64,000 nt of DNA. Source: Candidatus Omnitrophota bacterium. GTDB lineage: Bacteria > Omnitrophota > Omnitrophia > Omnitrophales > JACROU01. The notes beneath the pieces were generated by a model that did no database searches, was not told where the DNA came from, and saw only the letters and a list, made by a program, of their open reading frames with translations. The stretch lies in NCBI GenBank assembly GCA_029261035.1, contig JAJDCD010000010.1, forward strand, positions 14,612-78,611. Reading direction: 5' to 3'. How positions within the stretch are numbered: position 1 is the first letter of the stretch; each line of letters starts with the position of its first letter. Shown here one piece after another: positions 62,501 through 64,000 of the stretch. The position numbers and the translations under genes are program-made.

Positions 62501-63984
62501 GAAACAAGTCCTGCATCCAAAGTTTCTTTAAAACGTTTACGATCATCCGAAGTGGGTACTGCTTGCAACAACAAACTACTTAAAGCTAAGTTGTATCTAT
62601 TTTTCTCACCACTCGAAAGTGCAGGTGCATTCAAACGAATATTATCAATCACTCCGTCTACATCTTTAAACTTAAGACGAGTAGGATCATTCCACCATTG
62701 TTTTGCTTTTAAGAGAGGCGACGCTAAGAGTTGGCTTATTTTCTTTGTTCCTCGATTAAAACGTGTAAGCACAACGCTTTCTTCTTGGTAGTCTCTAAAT
62801 TGTTTTGTTAATTTTTGACGACCCGGTTTTTTCCATATATTTGGTACAACGTTAAAACCAAAGCTTAATATCCAACGAGCGGGCGTTAAAATAAAAGCCC
62901 CTGTTTTCCAAACCCCATTCACTATTTTCTGGCCCATAAAACGAAGTAAACGCTTTTCTTCTCGAGCTTGCCGTAGAGCATCCACAGCATTTCTCGCTAA
63001 TTTGCTCAATACATGCCAAGTGCTGTACGGAATAAAACTTGCTGTTAAAATAAATCCCTTAGCACCCCATCTCCAAATACGGTCTTCAATAATATCGCCA
63101 AAAGAATCTCTTCCCAAACGAGGTATCTTTGCATACTTCGATTCTAGATTGAGATAATCATTTAATTTTTGATTCCAAGCAGTTAATCCAAGAGTTTCTC
63201 CCCACACTTCCTTAAAACTCTGCCAATCGGTAATACGGCCTTTAGTTTTTAGTTTCAATAATTGTCGATCTAACTTATCGATTTTATCTTTATTGTTCAT
63301 GGCTTGATAACGAGCTTTTTCTAATGCATCAAAGGCATTAAATTTTCTTTCAAGAAGAGCTCTTGTTTCTGTTTGGTACACAGGCATATTCTGATACAAC
63401 GCTCTTGCGATTTGAGCGTTGGAGTCTTCATGATGAAGTGCAAAGTTAATTTCTGCAGAATTTAAACGAACCTTAAGGTCGTCCACATTCAATTGATTTA
63501 CAGCACGCAATGATTCTCCAACGGTAATAAGCTTAGCTAAAATCTTAAGGTCATCCCCTTCTTTCTTTTCATCCATATCCTGAGTAGAAATAATCCCACT
63601 TGAAATGAGCGCAAAGACAAGTTGAACAACATCTTGATCATCTGGAGCACCAGGAGCACCCTGATATTGATAATCAGAACCAGCGGATTGAAGTAATAAG
63701 TTCAAGGCTTCTTGAACCTCTTGACTGTGAGCATCTTTCTTATCAAAGACACGACGCACTTCTTTTATAAGCTCAACGACACGCACACCATCTTGAACGA
63801 GGTCTGCTTTGTCCAAACCACGGTTATAATCTACAAGACCTAAGTTTCTTAACTCGGTATCGATCGTGGCCTTAGCTTCTTGAGTAAAACCATCCTTCGC
63901 ATTTAACTGATCCAATGTTTGCTGCATTTGCGCACGAGCTTCTGGGTTTGCTCCCATCAAGGAAACTTCCGGAAGGTCATTCAT
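53566..63984 (-). CDS. 3,472-aa giant protein with no signal peptide and two zincin-like HExxH motifs
   Basis: This is an uninterrupted 10,419-nt ORF. The start MNDLPEVSLMGANPE is at 63982..63984 and the stop TAG at 53566..53568. Motif 1 is NIVHELNHAHYF (HELNH at 57172..57186). Motif 2 is ATLVHEATHIDN (HEATH at 54610..54624). Both are preceded by hydrophobic residues and followed by Glu-rich helices. The protein is mostly alpha-helical or coiled-coil in character. Confidence 0.85.
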   Translation of the reverse strand: MNDLPEVSLMGANPEARAQMQQTLDQLNAKDGFTQEAKATIDTELRNLGLVDYNRGLDKADLVQDGVRVVELIKEVRRVFDKKDAHSQEVQEALNLLLQSAGSDYQYQGAPGAPDDQDVVQLVFALISSGIISTQDMDEKKEGDDLKILAKLITVGESLRAVNQLNVDDLKVRLNSAEINFALHHEDSNAQIARALYQNMPVYQTETRALLERKFNAFDALEKARYQAMNNKDKIDKLDRQLLKLKTKGRITDWQSFKEVWGETLGLTAWNQKLNDYLNLESKYAKIPRLGRDSFGDIIEDRIWRWGAKGFILTASFIPYSTWHVLSKLARNAVDALRQAREEKRLLRFMGQKIVNGVWKTGAFILTPARWILSFGFNVVPNIWKKPGRQKLTKQFRDYQEESVVLTRFNRGTKKISQLLASPLLKAKQWWNDPTRLKFKDVDGVIDNIRLNAPALSSGEKNRYNLALSSLLLQAVPTSDDRKRFKETLDAGLVSGTAKLKVLAGWQQFHTYLKRNNLLREYELQTQNAEGRLEALWRMAEGDSSLWKSLTKWPRLIVNRMLSFIPISFAYLESWTEDTVFDKSLTRSDSASFIYRLGVVSENEVLRTLKSSLQKIEDAPTRIALMDAVAAYLQGKPNQKALNELHAKLLIAARRSTEKADKTPKITVKQDKKEGGYLYRPAIFGLREGSVIGEATASAKQIWKKWKNTTRFGAGLGAVLSGATTLINPMTYMARRLAEGTDVTIAGQKMRFELDKETGNVLLKTEVVTATDVVVNEKRKVEVNTPNPVKETVEFDINAEGDLTFEGNKIKDGEKVTIDGLEYLVTLVSGTPQSGYGVDVANLRTKEIILTLQDEGRSRIDTTQKKIELELPAYVTAVKNKNKKDQAKNSFIRTLARVDQRSAAVFQLHKWINEEYKAKLKQMGVREQEHTLDKYLETYFAKKYPKHQLLSIRFVEEMKKRLNNQGFDLDALNINIYGLIDSRLDQEQLNRLESFEEWMQGLELEGATEYKELKINQAIVLDQLSNDVDATVSKVQGMMEENFLDTVDGLITAVLNLSGSKSSDLSPRESERVRKINDLFNLDETRKEEKEKLYQRYKEIEALIQVFGLQTQVRFLDVMDAILLNDYSVFTQMANRVGIELVSGESVTLNNILQQLHQEALVRGRDLKQERLTAGVLEMKRRVDVMKAKAEYLLDSAELTDNEEESLNLRKEAYLTYEKATQRLVTAIKLLETEKELKGLNRTFMAQLKALQGLLYLGKYRAVPDSAEFDLKQARIFFDDAIDLDPKYLAILDKELALTRELTGGKLQSKLQATSSTDDNLIFAFDGSEKGKHNQQVLLGDPDLKFIWDKYRRINTQYTEEANAKAINLNISVRDERSMRKALTELLMKEIEVDGEKQQVRKASGDLSKKDKMNLIKIQEAILLAFNEGYAFQGLRQYRSQFESSRITDVMDGLNSLLQLKDADYDKEINENFLDVLERKGIVSQFELLLVATKVGEGRDTSSITGEGRKRKVRVFSHYLERLAYLKKAFGEDFVNEVLVSSMEGDIAEEVLGHSRPGQDLTLFDALGKLEKDAKDSDRVVVGKRIAENDTLEEAMILDWMTILKKEARLQSEADAAKKAVLQSQIQNLKAAYDRRFLSGATDEVKTLIQEIKSTDYQILDTAIQFVKRNRVLLGFGFDKTYIRNLKLKLKAMGKDEWIDWKETFAHYTRSKAGKQGVARNNAGAIAFEIVNKRNFGGDMDMNSVHKLINKLLDEEYYQFHFVDRASSLMSAKTAIFDQLLQSRVRENPITAAELGNLIRLINNDEFIETSQEIREKIRRGEATSRQLRLFEIMAALEGVEEKQEKLQILKDAENAAVVIEENPAAFDVNVKLVRAKANELGLDLERSDDLIEAAVNSLRGFDWLGQLINRIQSKPRTLRDEILDEVVTIVQSFNRYRTQFNEKTANSINVLASEARTQQRREAYIQQQATRKPGEILDEAELVEQFKETVNEADIHRMLVMTELRGSLGGIQEVNLSELTQQEKDFFEAKTAATEEEPSFWRERIAKGGDYYYFVSDAQGNVQAKVLRRAQLFYLAEMQEAGSTGDSLFTGGLKQSLGNFLKSSVRIDREAQPEMYEKLVYTQLYIGDQWEFGVEAALGFFVNKRELDGDEGRFGYRDLASNVTIQELASRLNEDKDAKLKEMLQKIATIERVKDTSLTYDQSIQKAKEIVAEKIIDGSKMVMDLFAANDGYGFISFSDALSDEMNVNENKGMMNKLKMARKNIVHELNHAHYFTNLTEEERTEIDELVKELNGYEEAKKQLIQSGYTEKQVVEELLAYVSQNTIDNDPSVVTKGESLIAKALRTDEDQKAVRDIFDRFGFTVIADLVRDTVTVAGWPGQDFSPELLEARLETKRNLQRLEDQIKQQYQVDEAAARDLFNDWKQQAEAANRVQVPETMEALIALRNIEEARALVLTAQELQSQKKKQNESIETYQKAHSLFEEAVRLDESQKEDIQTEWVQVNLTLARMASKQGNETLAQDAYSRIQTIDPSFADTMIQKLDQKLRQPEKDKMKSDPRFAQLGAMADQFIDMQVDQMSIRDLIAGSEGSIVDGINEQIEEATKINSNLSEGESSAFIRDWFSALAMKARNQKNQTNRIRMMKRNRIEKQAQDYYSQAKAFDSKEALPGSLDQFVALELAQTAVNSFNQMIQSDNVSLEELNKHMEVLEEAQELDPELNQSELADSIKEMYLARIELSITATKTKEIAKRVDADYEQAIHFDRKGVLPPALSRYFVDIARNETVKTLMLERAGGNEEQIQKMTQAAQVGFTKAQWVNEEVTPEAVEEIVNMATQTADAMVQHITDANMHAKNGDWEDAVDEIQSAQNRFEEGLKFWLKEVKKPDVNTVVAWYVDAAKQIQSGAAALVAQNQKETIVEGVEDYEEASKLIEAALDFIPGFQDDEIDVLRSKIYTVLAETYERLRDEFAEDEIERTEWDAQASIYRGQAEEYEAEADSLGQQVLFESKESSLLDSISMVSAQSLGAAQADRLQVVPEYLEVLGEALGLGIQLDSRFKTAIEKVNRIVVGNPLDDSLFQGGIVAYARLSDRTIVVSETRIQQIRDLEGVARDRAFAELVATLVHEATHIDNIDNVSFKELSQNLDVFRQIALDESFAYQSQYRVMKAIDIRRRASGLDPIFSNREKEVVKELAEEIPANNFENASALFAVRGLVAENVADLQRSIQRLGGHVQSPWIAYNQAQTQLETLNLASLAALLNEMKNIETGRSVDAVNARQIPGLDIQGVVVVDSDYASSVTDIGVLLDRISPDTDTVHILHVSPEVKEQAMAQFANTELGQLFEPQAETLRAAVQLESEKDVTQTVAGLVEDGAKPSNIIYVSKEEISPKVVTLLYNGENEPRMSQANRQLVHKFMLEAGRFVSRNGGLSSIKSFAQQYPVDMQVSEGYVVMDYNSIVALAEYLLERLRAKQAVQIAA

Positions 63985-64000
63985 CTCTGTGCGTTGATTT

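Noticed and set aside
54225-62791. Short plus-strand ORFs inside the 3,472-aa gene (e.g. 55291..55620, 57994..58230, 58837..59100)
   Set aside because: Antisense shadows of the long minus-strand ORF.
1-64000. tRNA, rRNA, insertion sequence or transposase and integrase genes
   Set aside because: None of the small intergenic regions folds into a cloverleaf by eye. No transposase-like ORF or terminal inverted repeats were seen, and the coding density leaves no room for rRNA.

Overview
The window is AT-rich (roughly 38-40% GC by eye) and dominated by two adjacent giant genes on the minus strand. One is an uninterrupted 48.6-kb ORF (4274..52870, 16,198 aa). A 10.4-kb ORF (53566..63984, 3,472 aa) lies immediately upstream of it, separated by a 695-bp AT-rich spacer. 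Together they occupy about 92% of the window. The rest holds a truncated DUF423 membrane-protein gene, a class-I SAM methyltransferase gene and clpB. From the translation, the 16,198-aa product has an N-terminal Sec-type signal peptide followed by a globular domain with ChaN/TraB/Tiki-like motifs. It also has several kilobases of E/K/L/Q-rich coiled-coil-like sequence, three separate clusters of transmembrane helices and an internal glucoamylase-like (DUF3131-type) glycoside-hydrolase-like domain. A stretch with TolC/outer-membrane-factor-like sequence character and Pro/Gly/Ser-rich linkers are also present. The 3,472-aa product has no signal peptide and carries two hydrophobic-X-H-E-x-x-H zincin-like motifs. 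I propose the pair as a candidate giant, possibly envelope-spanning, hydrolytic surface apparatus. It resembles the rare non-repetitive giant genes described in some predatory or episymbiotic bacteria, but no organism assignment is claimed. All domain calls are from reading the translation and need HMM confirmation. The small intergenic regions contain two dispersed palindromic repeat families (gggacagtccc and aggcccgggcct). There are also several intrinsic-terminator-like hairpins, a 28-bp perfect palindrome, a tandem 3 x 11 bp repeat, and two perfect DnaA-box 9-mers in the spacer between the giant genes. No rRNA, tRNA, CRISPR array or recognisable insertion sequence was seen. The short plus-strand ORFs in the track inside the giant genes are antisense shadows.
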